Positions 14,201-28,932 are shown, numbered from the stretch's first letter. The stretch: 64,000 nt of DNA from Tubiluchus corallicola (GCA_030141605.1 JAQGDQ010000456.1:120919-184918), one strand, 5' to 3'. Translations and numbers: made by a program. The notes: generated by a model from the letters alone, not told the origin.

Positions 14201-14203
<3 letters not shown>
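13620..14203. repeat. degenerate ~135-bp internal repeats x4 (probable non-autonomous DNA element remnant)
   Basis: Recurring gagacctttcatttgat(a/g)tgctacaag and gggtca..ggtcaacc motifs; ends at gccccctagcggg next to (TA)n. Confidence 0.55.
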
Positions 14204-14240
<37 letters not shown>

Positions 14241-14854
14241 TGTATATATATATATATAACATGCCAGCGAAATTACTTCTACAGATTTTACTGAAGTCAG
14301 TGGAGATAAATCAGCACCAGTGTCACATGGTTGAATTTTGATGTGCATTTGATCAGACGGGCAGCAGAATTTTGTAAGTTTTTATTAAAAATTATAAATA
14401 ATGCCAGATTCATAAGTGACGAATGGGATTTATATTTTAAATACATTCAGAAGTAGCAGACTCTATTAAATTTATTTCAGTAGAATTTAAGCATAAAAAA
14501 ATTCATTAAAAAGAATACCGCTATGATAATTTTCAGGTTTCAACACGCACCCTGTATCTACAACCTGGAACACACGTCTTACCAATTACAGCTTATAATA
14601 CCAGCTTGAGCTGTACACCTGGCGCTCCTAATCTGTTACCATGGAAATACCTGGAGGCTTTGTTCAGGGAAGAACCCGTTATCCGGCTGTAAGAGGAGGA
14701 CAAGAGAGATTATTGTTAAGAAGTTACAGTGTAAGCGTGCCAGCTATGAGCTTGACACAAACACGTTTCGTGAATGGCAGGAAGAAGAACCCCCTACCAC
14801 CCCCTCACGTACATGTGTACACAGGGCCCAGAACTTTGATTACTTCAAATATGA

Positions 14855-14932
14855 GAAACAATAGTTAACTTTTATAGGCAAGGAAAAATATTTTTTGGAC
14901 ATTTTGAGTCTAATCAATCGTCCGGTTTTCCT
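14855..14932. mobile_element. terminal fragment of the Kolobok-like MITE family
   Basis: aacttttataggcaag...gagtctaatcaatcgtccggttttcct|ttaa matches the right ends of 27142-27685 and 44888-45431. Confidence 0.65.
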
Positions 14933-15194
14933 TTAATGTTCCCCACAAAGCAAATGACGTTGCAATTTGCAGAAAAAATCTTGGCTACCTCCTATATATA
15001 GGGAAACCACAGCAAAACTATGAGAACAAAATAAACTTTAAAATAAACTGTAGAATTAGAAAACCTGGGCGTTTTAAATTAAGCTAAATTCAATTTGTTC
15101 AATGTTATATTACTATTCATATTCATTGGATTGCAACTGTCTTTTTTTATTAAATAGTAAGCTTGTTTAATTGTTACATAAATATTAATTGCAC

Positions 15195-16548
15195 ACTTTG
15201 CTTTTCATGTATTTGTGTTATGTTTGTAACTTTGTCATTCATGTATTTGTAATATGTTTGTAACTTTGCCTTTCATGTATTTGTGTTATGTTTGTAACTT
15301 TGCTGTTAATGTATTTGTATTATGTTTGTAACTTTGTCATTCATGTATTTGTAATATGTTTGTAACTTTGCCTTTCATGTATTTGTAATATGTTTGTGAC
15401 TTTGCCTTTCATGTATTTGTATTATGTTTGCAACTTTGCCTTTAATGTATTTGTATTATGTTTGTAACTTTGCCTTTCGTGTATTTGTTATATGTTTGTA
15501 ACTTTGCTGTTAATGTATTTGTATTATGTTTGTAACTTTGCCTTTCATTCATGTATTTGTAATATGTTTGTAACTTTGCCTTTCATGTATTTGTATTATG
15601 TTTGTAACTTTGCCTTTCATTCATGTATTTGTAATATGTTTGTGACTTTGCCTTTCATGTATTTGTATTATGTTTGTGACTTTGCCTTTCGCGTATTTGT
15701 ATTATGTTTGTAACTTTGCCTTTCATGCATTTGTAATATGTTTGTAACTTTGCCTTTCATGCATTTGTAATATGTTTGTAACTTTGCCTTTCATGTATGT
15801 TTGTAACTTTGCCTTTCATGTTTTGTATTATGTTCGTAACTTTGCCTTGAATGTATTTGTATTATGTTTGTAACTTTGCCTTTCATGTTTTGTATTATGT
15901 TTGTAACTTTGCCTTTCATGTATTTGTATTATATTTGTAACTTTGCCTTTCATGTTTTGTATTATGTTCGTAAATTTGCCTTTCATGTTTTGTATTATGT
16001 TTGTAACTTTGCCTTTCATGTATTTGTAATATGTTTGTAACTTTGCCTTTCATGTATTTGTATTATATTTGTAACTTTGCCTTTCATGTATTTGTATTAT
16101 ATTTGTAACTTTGCCTTTCGTGTACTGTATTGTGTTTGTAACTTTGCCTTTCGTGTATTTGTATTATGTTTGTAACTTTGCCTTTCATGTATTTGTATTA
16201 TGTTTGTGACTTTGCCATTCATGTATTTGTATTATATTTGTAACTTTGCCTTTCGTGTATTTGTATTATGTTTGTAACTTTGCCTTTCATGTATTTGTAT
16301 TATGTTTGTGACTTTGCCTTTCATGTATTTGTATTATGTTTGTAACTTTGCCTTTCATGTATTTGTATTATATTTGTAACTTTGGCTTTCATGTTTTGTA
16401 TTATATTCGTAGCTTTGCCTTTCATGTATTTGTATTATGTTTGTAACTTTGCCTTTCATGTATTTGTAATATGTTTGTAACTTTGCATTTCATGTATTTG
16501 TATTATGTTTGTAACTTTGCCTTTCATGTATTTGTATTGTGTTTGTAA
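15195..16548. repeat. 34-bp minisatellite, ~40 copies
   Basis: Unit aactttgcctttcatgtatttgtattatgtttgt. Confidence 0.95.
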
Positions 16549-19090
16549 CCAGAGCACTGTCTGTATCAGTTCCACAGTTTTGTGCAAAGGTTGTAAAATA
16601 AATACGTTTAAAGTAACTATGGGAGACAGTAAGAAAAGATTTATTCTGACCAGAAATCAGCTGCCATCCTGAGAACATCATTGATAAAAGAAGTGACAGA
16701 AAAGGCGTGACTAATCGATCAACCTTCCCGGAGCAGAAGTGTCAACATCGCGTTTTCCTGCTGGTACCGTCGCTGCCGTTATTCCATTTCCTGTTGCTGT
16801 ACGTTTGCCATTGTTACTAATCATGCTGTCGGCTTGTTTATTTATTTACATCTGTGTTATTTAATGTTGTTTGTTTACAGGCAGGTTCTTTATATTGGTT
16901 TGACCTTGAAGTTTGTAGACTGTCTGTAAGTCTAAATCCAGACGTCGTCTGTTGCAACAATGCAAACAAACACGACTAAGCTTAGATATTGCACTGTATA
17001 AATCCCTGCATTATAGGGGGCGCGAACAACGTTCAACAAGAGAACGTCACACACGTGCTATAATGAGAAAAAGTAACAAAATAATTTGGGAGCATATCAA
17101 AATAATGAGATCTCACTTTCTGCTCTCTGTTGATTAAAGAAGGACCCGCCTCACAAGCAAAAGACACAAAGAGGGCGTTGCCGAAGTTTCACACCTCCCC
17201 CAAACAGACGTGTCAGGAAAGGAAATTATGGAAAATTGAACAATTTGGGGCAAAAAGGCGCCTTTGTCATGCAAATGTGCACTAGGTAGAATTTTTACAA
17301 CAGCGGCTTACCGCTATCAGCAGGTAGACAGGAAGTTCACATTACTCATGGGGGTGGGAGGGTGGGGGAGGAGGTAACACAAGTGCAACGACGAGTCCAA
17401 ACCTCCAATAAGAAGATAGGATCACAGCTGTAAGTAATGATCTAATAGAAGACGCCCCACTTACTTTCTTGGGAAGGAAAGGGTTACATTGTCAACAGCT
17501 TGGATACTTCGTCACCCACCAACCCAAAAAATTACGAAAAAAGTCGCATTGTGGGTGGCCGAGGTGCTGAAAGGGTGCGCATGCGCGAGAACATGCTCCC
17601 TTGTTGGGAGAAGGTTGAAATTTAATAAGCACATTTTTGTAGTAAAGCTTCAACAGTGTGCTTGCTTAGTACAGACACGAATGAAATAATTATATATGAA
17701 TTTAATACACTGCAGGAATAATAATCTTCAAATATGGGATACTGAACCAATAGAGGTGTCTTAGATGCCCATCCAATATGTTTTCCTAAACAAAAAACTC
17801 CGATACCAGAAAGTCAGATGAAGATGCCCTAGTCTTCTCTAGTTCATCTATCCATTTACTGGCTAATCTCGGCCTGGTTAACTTTCGTTGTTAAGCGCAC
17901 GCCGTAGCCATTTGGCTTTTTCTCTTCCCCTCAAAGGCTAAGCAGTACTTACAGGTCGTTTGATTTCAGTGCACTAAACGCTTTTATCGTAAACATGATT
18001 AGTATTTTTGTTTTCAAAACAATTAAATGCAAAACTTGTTTTTCCCTTACGTAGTGTTAATCTTAAGCTTTCCCAGCCTCTCCTAAGCTTTCGGTTGCTA
18101 AGCGATGCAATTTCTGTTTTCATCTAAAGATTTCTCTGAGCCCTGATTGAAAAACTACACACGTTTGGGTAGAACCTCTAGACAGAATATCTGCACGAGT
18201 CGGTGATATTTTTAAAAGGTCGAATGTCTAATTAGGAGCGCTCACTCGCCGCTTTCTCGCAGAGAACAGAAAAAAACACCGCCGACGCCGCGACTGATGA
18301 AACCCTGGCGCTGATGACGTCACGAAGCAGACACGGCTTCCAGGAGGGCCTGAAAGTTTACTGTCCCCTCTCCTCCGATCGTGGCGTTGATATGCCAGAC
18401 TGATTTCGTCAAATGAACTCAGGAAAACATCAGCGCGCGCGAAGTTCGTTGAACGAAAATAAAAACAGAACTAAACCTTAGATTTGAAATAGGGAACATT
18501 GTCTTACAAATCAAACGTTTGATTACCGGGTCCCATTACAACTAAGACGGCGTCTCAAATGTCATAAGTCATTTATTTCACCTAACATATTTACAATGGT
18601 TACATATACAATATCTAGTGAAAGGTCCTACAATAGATATAATACAAATAAGAAATACTGTACAGAAAAAGCCTCAAACACTGTTCACTTATACACGAAG
18701 GTAAAGGTGTTGCGGGCAATCAAAAAGCAGGGCTTGTTAGATTGTCCCACATAGTGATAGAGAAAAAAAGTAATGGAGATAATCTGAAAATTTAAAGTGA
18801 ATCGTGATAAAAAAAACATTAGTGCTTAAAATGGAATGATATAATGAATGAAACTCATATATGGAATGATATAAAAGATTCAGTACTCAAGGTGTCCTAA
18901 TCCACTTTCGATCCTCTTAGTCACCCAAAATTTATACCCCCAAAACCAGGCGTGAAACCCGGAAATATAAGTGCAGATATCCACCACGTTTAATGCATAA
19001 AAGACTGCCTGGCGGTGAAGGCACAAAAACCTCTTCCTCAGCATCCCAATCCGCCCACACACCATGTGTTGCTGGGGCGCTACGACACGT

Positions 19091-19560
19091 GGTGGTGATT
19101 ATGCAAAAACTAAATTAGCCTGGCACAGACGTACAGTAGCAAAGCGTCCCCAAGTTAAATATACTACAAGGTGGTGATTATGCAAAAACTAAATTAGCTT
19201 AGCACAGACGTACAGTAGCAAAGCGTCCCCAAGTTAAATATACTACAAGGTGGTGATTATGCAAAAACTAAATTAGCTTAGCACAGACGTACAGTAGCAA
19301 AGCGTCCCCAAGTTAAATATACTACAAGGTGGTGATTATGCAAAAACTAAATTAGCTTAGCACAGACGTACAGTAGCAAAGCGTCCCCAAGTTAAATATA
19401 CTACAAGGTGGTGATTATGCAAAAACTAAATTAGCTTAGCACAGACGTACAGTAGCAAAGCGTCCCCAAGTTAAATATACTACAAGGTGGTGATTATGCA
19501 AAAACTAAATTAGCTTAGCACAGACGTACAGTAGCAAAGCGTCCCCAAGTTAAATATACA
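19091..19560. repeat. 79-bp near-perfect tandem repeat, 6 copies
   Basis: Unit ggtggtgattatgcaaaaactaaattagcttagcacagacgtacagtagcaaagcgtccccaagttaaatatactacaa. Confidence 0.95.
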
Positions 19561-19689
19561 AGTTTTCTACACTACGCAGGGTGTATAAGCAAAACTGCAC
19601 AAAGTTATACATTATATAGTGTAGATGGAAAGGCGAGAGGTCCTCTTGAGGTAGTTAATGAAAATGTAGAGGTTTCGTATACAACCAGC

Positions 19690-22600
19690 AAGATCATACA
19701 GACGCAAGATGACAAGATCATACAGAAGCAAGATGACAATCACACAGGAGCAATACGACAATCACACAGGAGCAAGATGACAATCTTACAGAAGCAAATT
19801 GGCAATCATACAAAAGTAAGATGACAATCACACAGGAGCAAAATGACAATCATACAGAAGCAAGATGACAATCTTACAGAAGCAAATTGGCAATCATACA
19901 AAAGTAAGATGACAATCACATAGGAGCAATACGACAATCATACAGAAGCAAGATGACAATCTTACAGAAGCAAATTGGCAATCATACAAAAGTAAGATGA
20001 CAATCACACAGGAGCAATACGACAATCACACAGGAGCAAGATGACAATCTTACAGAAGCAAATTGGCAATCATACAAAAGTAAGATGACAATCACACAGG
20101 AGCAAGATGACAATCTTACAGAAGCAAATTGGCAATCATACAAAAGTAAGATGACAATCACATAGGAGCAATACGACAATCATACAGAAGCAAGATGACA
20201 ATCACACAGGAGCAAGATGACAATCACACAGGAGCAAGATGACAATCACACGGGAGCAAGACGACAATCACATAGGAGCAAGATGACAATCTTACAGAAG
20301 CAGATTGGCAAATCATACAAAAGTAAGATGACAATCACATAGAAGCAATACGACAATCACACAGGAACAAGATGACAATCACACAGGAGCAAGATGACAA
20401 TCACACGGGAGCAAGACGACAATCACATAGGAGCAAGATGACAATCTTACAGAAGCAGATTGGCAAATCATACAAAAGTAAGATGACAATCACATAGAAG
20501 CAATACGACAATCACACAGGAACAAGATGACAATCACACAGGAGCAAGACGACAATCACACAGGAACAAGACGACAATCACACAGGAACAATACGACAAT
20601 CACACAGGAACAATACGACAATCACACAGGAGCAAGACGACAATCACACAGGAACAAGACGACAATCACACAGGAACAAGACGACAATCACACAAGAGCA
20701 AGACGACAATCACACAGGAACAAGACGACAATCACACAAGAGCAAGACGACAATCACACAAGAGCAAGACGACAATCACACAGGAACAAGATGACAATCA
20801 CACAGGAGCAAGACGACAATCACACAGGAGCAAGATGACAATCACACGGGAGCAAGACGACAATCACATAGGAGCAAGATGACAATCTTACAGAAGCAGA
20901 TTGGCAAATCATACAAAAGTAATATGACAATCACACAGGAGCAATACGACAATCACACAGGAACAAGATGACAATCACACAGGAGCAAGACGACAATCAC
21001 ACAGGAGCAAGATGACAATCACACGGGAGCAAGACGACAATCACATAGGAGCAAGATGACAATCTTACAGAAGCAGATTGGCAAATCATACAAAAGTAAT
21101 ATGACAATCACACAGGAGCAATACGACAATCACACAGGAACAAGATGACAATCACACAGGAGCAAGACGACAATCACACAGGAGCAAGACGACAATCACA
21201 CAGGAACAATACGACAATCACACAGGAACAAGATGACAATCACACAGGAGCAAGACGACAATCACACAGGAACAAGACGACAATCACACAGGAACAAGAT
21301 GACAATCACACAAGAGCAAGACGACAATCACACAAGAGCAAGACGACAATCACACAGGAACAAGATGACAATCACAGAGGAGCAAGACAACAATCACGCG
21401 GAAGCAAGATGTAATCACACAGAAGCAATATGACAATCACACAGGAGCAAGATGACAATCACACAGGAGCAAGACAACAGTCACACAGGAACAAGACGAC
21501 AATCACACAAGAGCAAGACGACAATCACGCAGAAGCAAGATGATAATCACACAGAAGCAATATGACAATCACACAGGAGCAAGACGACAATCACACAGGA
21601 GCAAGACGACAATCACACAGGAGCAAGACGACAATCACACAGGAACAATACGACAATCACACAGGAGCAAGATGACAATCACACAGGAACAATACGACAA
21701 TCACACAGGAGCAAGACGACAATCACACAGGAACAATACGACAATCACACAGGAGCAAGACGACAATCACACAGGAACAATACGACAATCACACAGGAGC
21801 AAGACGACAATCACACAGGAACAAGACGACAATCACACAGGAGCAAGACGACAATCACACAGGAACAATACGACAATCACACAGGAGCAAGATGACAATC
21901 ACACAGGAGCAATACGATAATCACACAGGAACAAGACGACAATCACACAGGAGCAAGACGACAATTACACAGGAACAAGACGACAATCACACAGGAACAA
22001 GACGACAATCACACAAGAGCAAGACGACAATCACACAAGAGCAAGACGAAATCACACAAGAGCAAGACGACAATCACACAGGAACAAGATGACAATCACA
22101 GAGGAGCAAGACGACAATCACACAGGAACAAGACGACAATCACACAGAAGCAATATGATAATCACACAGGAACAAGATGACAATCACACAAGAGCAAGAC
22201 GACAATCACACAAGAGCAAGACGACAATCACACAGGAACAAGACGACAATCACACAGGAACAAGACAACAATCACACAAGAGCAAGACGACAATCACACA
22301 GGAACAAGATGACAATCACAGAGGAGCAAGATGACAATCACACAGGAACAAGTTGACAATCACACAAAAGCAAGACGACAATCACATAGAAGCAAGACGA
22401 CAATCACACAAGAGCAAGACGACAATCACACAACAACAAGACGACAATCACACAAGAGCAAGACGACAATCACACAAAAGCAAGACGACAATCACATAGA
22501 AGCAAGACGACAATCACACAGGAGCAAGACGACAATCACACAAGAGCAAGACGACAATCACACAGGAACAAGACGACAATCACACAGGAGCAAGACGACA

Positions 22601-22806
22601 ATCACACAGGAGCAATATGACAATCACACAGGAACAATATGACAATCACACAGGAGCAAGCAACAATCACACAGGAACAAGACGACAATCACACAAGAGC
22701 AAGACGACAATCACACAGGAGCAAGATGACAATCACACAGGAGCAATATGACAATCACATAGAAGCAAGATGATAATCACACAGGAACAAGTTGACAATC
22801 ACACAA
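19690..22806. repeat. 22-bp minisatellite, ~140 copies
   Basis: Unit gacaatcacacagga(g/a)caaga(t/c); it explains the MTITQEQDDNHTG ORFs. Confidence 0.97.
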
Positions 22807-25435
22807 ATTCACGAAATAACTAAATAACTGTACAAGCAGCTGTTTGAATAAAAAATAAATCCACATTCAATAAACGGCTAAAACTCCAACATTTCTGTTC
22901 TGCCCTGACATTCAAATGTGCTGCCACCTGTCTCAACTCATCAATGTCATGACAACCAACGATAAACACGTCATGTTTTAGCGTACATATAGTCAAATAA
23001 CTAATTTCAGGCTGATGTGTTTGTGAATCTGCGTTCCGCATTACTTGGGTGGCGGCCAGGAACAACTAAATGAGAAACTCAATTTACGTGCACTACATTA
23101 ATAATGCCTACCTTTTTAGGCAATTGCCAGCTTCTCAATTTACCCACCAGGTGGATCTGTCAAATGAAGAATTCCCTCAGGTACCTGCATCTTCCACTGC
23201 AAAAAAAAACAATTTATGAAAGCTATTTCTGATACTAGACATGGCTTAAATATCAGAATATTTGAAGTGAATTTGCTTAAACTGAGTATGAAACATGGAG
23301 AGATTAGCTGAGCCTGGTTTCTGTCATAAACATGAAGTTACATATTTATTCTCAGCTTCAAACATTAGACCTCCTAGCTGGTTTATAAATTATGGGAGTT
23401 CTGGTATGCATGTAATCATGTAATTTTTCCTTGTCAAAACATGGAGATGAAAAACTCGAATTACACAGGTTGCAGGCGTTAACAAGATGCCCAAACTTGA
23501 CAGGAAATACTGCAAAATGTTCAACCTTGAGAGAGTTGACTGTAAGTTTATTAAGGTGTTCAAACTTGACAGAGTTGGTTGCAACTTCAGCAATATGTTC
23601 TAGCTTGACTACACTGGCTGCAAACTTTTGGTTTAGCAAGATGTTCAAACTTGACAGGATCGACACTTTACAGCTGTGTACAGTATGTCTGAACTACCAA
23701 GGCAGTAAAACAATCTTTCGTTTCAACACAGAATAACTAATTAAATTTAACATGTAAGGACTGTTTGAGCCAGCTACAAATGCCAGCCATGTGTCACAAA
23801 TAATAGTCACACATGATATTTATACATGTTTCTTTTGTTGTCCTTATATTTGTTTTCATTTATTGTTAGTCTATAGTATCTAGTTTCTAGTATTCCACAA
23901 CTAGCCTGCTCTTGGCTAGTAATACCAGTAATTTAGATTTTCTATTACATAGGAAATGCTCTAGTACTATTTTTCTGGTCATATGGTCAAGCTGTGTTGA
24001 GTTAACCTTTGACCTACAGCAAATGCGCATGCGCATAACGAAACTATGAAAAGGTTTATTCAGTGCAGCTTGAAGTGTGCCAGGGTGTAAAAAATTTTCA
24101 GTTCTCACGTGTGATTTCTGCATAAAATTTAATTGTGCTTTCAGCAAAAAGTTCTGATTTGACAAATTTTAAACTTTTGGTTTTGATTAACTTGTTTTTA
24201 ATCATCTCTGATTTATCTTGGAAAAGCTTGCGGATACAAAATAACTTAGATAATACTTCAAAGTAAATAAAAAATGCAAAGTTTAGCAAACCGTACAAGA
24301 GCAATGTTAAAAAAGATAACCAAAGATGGTAAATAGTGTCTCGAATATGCCCATCATAACTCTGAGCAACAACAACCCTAAAAAAGATAACCAAAGATGG
24401 TAAATAGTGTCTCGAATATGCTCATCATAACTCTGGATAATGTCTCAGATATGGCCATCATAATTTCTGTTTGAATACTCAGTTTTGCTATATCTGACTA
24501 GTTAGTTCACTTTTGTTAACTATGTTAACATTTTCGTGGAATGTGTTTTGTGATACAAACGTGTTTTACCACAAGTTATTAAACTACAAAACCAGATGTA
24601 TCAACTTGTTACTATGTCTGTGTCTTTTGCCTAGACCTGAGATTTGAATTCACTATTTCATCTTCAGCTGTTACTCATCACTGGAGGTCGAAGTTCAGAT
24701 GCAAATCAACACATCATTCACATCATTGGGAAATCTTGATCTGCCTCTGCAGTTGGTGATGCTCAACGTGAAACAGTTCTAATGCAATCCACTTAGCTGA
24801 ATGAATTCCATTACAATTGTTATTCTTTTACGTGTTTATTTATTTATTGTTATTGTTTTACATGTTTATTTATTTATAAACCAATTTTGACTAATGGTCA
24901 GAGAGGACATTTTGCAGAATAAGGCACGGTCTCAATGGATTATTAATGTCGTTAAGGTAATGATGCATACACAAACTCCAAATCGACGACAGTTTCAATA
25001 AATTCGGCTGCCATCATTCGAAAGTTCATCGTCATTGTTTCGAGGTGCTGATATGTGAGCAGGAAATAAAGACAGTACTATCACAAAAAGTGATTTGGAA
25101 ATTAAAGTTTAAAGGCAAAAATCTCAATGCTGTGCCGCAAGCAAGAAGCCGCTTAGACCGCGACAAACATTCAAAGGGAAATCCGAACCTCTAATACAAT
25201 TTCATATTCAAACTTTGCAGTTAGCATCGCAGGCCAGCCAATCGGGAAAGCACATCCCACATTTTTATGAAAGTGAATTTAGAAGGCTTGTGTTACGTTG
25301 TCTGCTAATTGGGTTATGTCTGCCTGTCTGCTAACTGCTTATACTTAGGAAAGAATAATGGATGCAACATGTTGCACTTAAACTTTGCAACAAGTTACAA
25401 CAATGTGACTCTCCTCTGCCAACTTCTGGACAGAC

Positions 25436-28349
25436 ATGGATGAAAATCATAAAAACGCTGAAGAGATTACTGGAGAAGAAAAGTCGATCAGAAGATTAGC
25501 AGCTACTCTAGCAGACAATACAGCTACACATGGCATAGGTAATATAAAACGTTCAAAAAGTTTGGTGAGAAAAAGCATCTGGGTAGCACTCATGTGCTTA
25601 GCTACATTACTGTTCTGCGTTCAAAGTGGAATACAGTTAAGAAAGTACATGTCACGTCCAACGAAGATTGCTGCTACATTTCGACTAAGTAGCCAAATAA
25701 TTGCTGTACCTTCTGTGACCATTTGCAACAAAAATTCTCTCCGCTTTAGCGAGTACAAGAAACTAATGCCGGAATTTTATAATACATCAGACGATTTTAA
25801 CAATTGGTGGTTCATTACTATTGAAGCAGCCATTTCTGAGTTTGCAGCTAAATTGAACCAAACTCAGCGACAAAGGATCGGTCATCAGTTAGAAGACACA
25901 GTATTGGATTGTTATTTCCCTCAAAGGCCACTAATAAGTTATAAATGTACTGAACATTTTGAGACGAGTAACATACAACTAGACAAAGGTAACTGTTTCA
26001 CCTTCAATCCTTTGAGAAGGACTCCAGATGGGGCACAAAGGGAGGGGATCACAGTGAAACGCTCCCTAGCAAAGACCGGTTTTAATTTTTTATTGAACGC
26101 AAGTCTGGAAGAATACATGCCTTTAAATACGCCTCAGCCAGGATTCGATGTCATCATCACCCCACCAGGGGGCAGTTATATTGGTGTCTATCCATTCTTC
26201 ATGCACACTGGCACGATGAACACTGCAAAAATACAGCAAACAGATGTGTACAAAATACACAAGAAAAATCGCTGTGTAAAAGAAGAAGAAGTGAATAGAG
26301 ACCGAGTCACAGATGTGTTTAAAGAAGCATTTGGCACCAAATACGGGATTGAGACTTGCAGGAAGACTTGCGAACAAAAAAAGTTGATACAGAAATGTGA
26401 CTGCATGACCGGCAGCATTCCAGTGACGGAAAAACTACTGCAAGAAGCAGGATGGACAGACGAAAATCGACCTCCGATGTGTGAAACTCTAGCTGGAGAA
26501 AATCACACCTGCTTTCAATCGACTGAACTTCTTGAAGATAATGAATGTAACTGTCCTACACCATGTAATCAAACTAGGTAATGCTTCAGTCGCATCTACA
26601 TTTGGTCAGTTAAGACACTTATAAATGGCGTAATTCGTTTCAGCCCCCACCCCCCCCCGAAATGCAGATATTTCGTGTAGATATTGTACCCCCCCCCCCC
26701 CCGAAAGAAATATATTCGTTAATGACAATATAATCAGTTACATAAATGTTAAAAAAATGAGAAAATAATAAAACCAATGAAAAATAATAATAAATGTTGC
26801 TACGAATAATGACACTTTTAAGTTAAAACCTTTCGTGTCGGGAAAATGCGCAAGAATGCTACAAAATGCATTCTGGGAGGACCGCTGTCGGGCAGCACTT
26901 TCGATTTTCGTATCTTGAATATTTTTTCATTAAATGCGTCAGAAATTTCTTCGAAGCCCGATTTGTATTCTGAATTTTTTGTATAATAGGGTTTTCGTAA
27001 GTCAAAGTGCCACTGTACTTGTAAACTCGCTTTATATACTGGATTATAACATAAAGTAGTGTGTCAAGTAATGAGGTCAAAGTTCACCTACACGGATAAA
27101 GTATATGTGGGATATAAACTGCTGTAAATTACAGACTTTAAAGGAAAACCGGGTGATTGTGTAAACACGAGTTCAGAATAAAGAATGCTCTGAAATAGCG
27201 AAAACTACAATAGCTTTTTTTAAATCAAAGCTTAGCTTAAATAATAATTACATCAGGCACTCAAGTTTCATTAAATCTTCAAAGCTACATGCGGCTCAGT
27301 GAATCAACTAAGACTGGCAGCAGCGCCTTTTTGTCACATTCGTGTGGCCGACAAATAGAAAGCGGTACCGTGATAAGCACGATCATGAACTGCAAAGTTA
27401 GATTCATGACGTCATATGATGTAAAGCCTATTTTTCGTGACATCATGTGTTTAAACAGTACTGTAACAGCTATGTGCTTGACGCATAAGGGAAGATGCCT
27501 GCCATGGTACAAACTCTGGTTAGTTTCTGACGTAAGCAATAGCTGTGTTCGGTTGCCGTTAATTAACTTTCTAGGCTAATTATTCAAATATAAGAAACAA
27601 TTACTAACTTTTATAGGCAAGAAAACGCATATTTTGCACAGTAAATTAAAATGAGATTGAGTCTAAACAATCGTCCGGTCTTCCATTAAATTTAACTGAG
27701 TACAAAATTCATACAGATAGTTTTAAATTATTGTACAGTGCAAATAGTTACACAAAAATGTAATTTTAATTTGATGTTGACATTTTGCTAAGTCCTTTGA
27801 ATTTTGTTTCACAAATTTACCTTACTTATATTCTACTCTTGTCTTACATCTATTCTGTAAAATGTTTTTAGGTATCATATTTCCTGGGAGTCCAGCCACA
27901 CGCTAGACTATGACCAAACATGGAAATGGAAAGATTTTCTCACAGAGTACCAAAACGACACCACAAATATAATCCAGTACTTGGAGCACTTTCAAAACAA
28001 GTATTCTAAAACGTCGCCTGTAGATGGCGTTAACGAATTGTCATGGCTCCGTGTCATGTTTGAGACTTCGATGGTGGAAGAAATTCACGAAGAAATCACA
28101 TACAAGGAAGCTGATCTAGCAGGTGATATCGGTGGCCTGCTGGGACTGTACATTGGCATGTCTGTTTTAGCAATTTACGAGATTATTGAATTTCTCGCAG
28201 ATGCAGCCATGCTTGTTTTGCAGGGAATACGACAGGCCAAAAACAAGAGAGTGAGCAATCAAGGAGACAAAAATAACGACAAATATGGCGCCTCAGAAAC
28301 GGAGTTCTTGCGTTCATCACCTTCAAATAGAGATGTCACGAAGCTCTGA
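25436..28349 (+). CDS. DEG/ENaC (ASIC/FaNaC-related) amiloride-sensitive cation channel subunit, ~539 aa; exons 25436-26577 and 27872-28349
   Basis: Pre-TM1 HG motif (TATHGIGNI), TM1, PSVTICNKN, GNCFTFN, Cys-rich thumb (CRKTCEQ..CDC..CNCPTPC), and TM2 LAGDIGGLLGLYIGMSVLAIYE with a GxS filter. The phase-2 intron ACT AG|gtaatg ... ttttag|G TAT keeps the frame to TGA at 28349. Confidence 0.93.
27142..27685. mobile_element. Kolobok-like MITE (544 bp) in the ENaC intron
   Basis: TTAA|aggaaaaccgg ... ccggtcttcca|TTAA, i.e. imperfect TIRs with TTAA flanks. A full-length homolog lies at 44888-45431. Confidence 0.75.
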
Positions 28350-28475
28350 GAGAACCAGACCTTCCAAATCTTGTAACTAAAATTATGAATTTTTTGACCA
28401 AAATACTAATATTATATATTTAATTAATACTGCATAATATTATTTTTGAGTTAGTTCATTTTTAGTTAACACGCA

Positions 28476-28517
28476 GTGTGTAATATATATAGTGTTATAT
28501 GTGAATATATATGTGTA

Positions 28518-28565
<48 letters not shown>

Positions 28566-28585
28566 TGTGTGTATATATATGTGTA

Positions 28586-28635
<50 letters not shown>

Positions 28636-28655
28636 TGTGTGTATATATATGTGTA

Positions 28656-28722
<67 letters not shown>

Positions 28723-28798
28723 CATGCGTATGTATATATGTGTAATATATATGTGTGTGTATGTGTGTGTGTATATATGTGTAATATATATGTGTGTG

Positions 28799-28829
<31 letters not shown>

Positions 28830-28899
28830 TATGCGTGTATATATATGTGTAATATGTGTGTGTATGTGTGTGTGTATATATGTGTAATATATATGTGTG

Positions 28900-28932
<33 letters not shown>

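Noticed and set aside
7476-22806. Regular arrays as possible CRISPR arrays
   Set aside because: Head-to-tail units with no unique spacers, no cas genes, and a eukaryotic context.
23358-23736. ~100-aa ORFs with a repeated VKLEH-like motif
   Set aside because: They reflect a degenerate caaacttgacag repeat; no domain or splice support.
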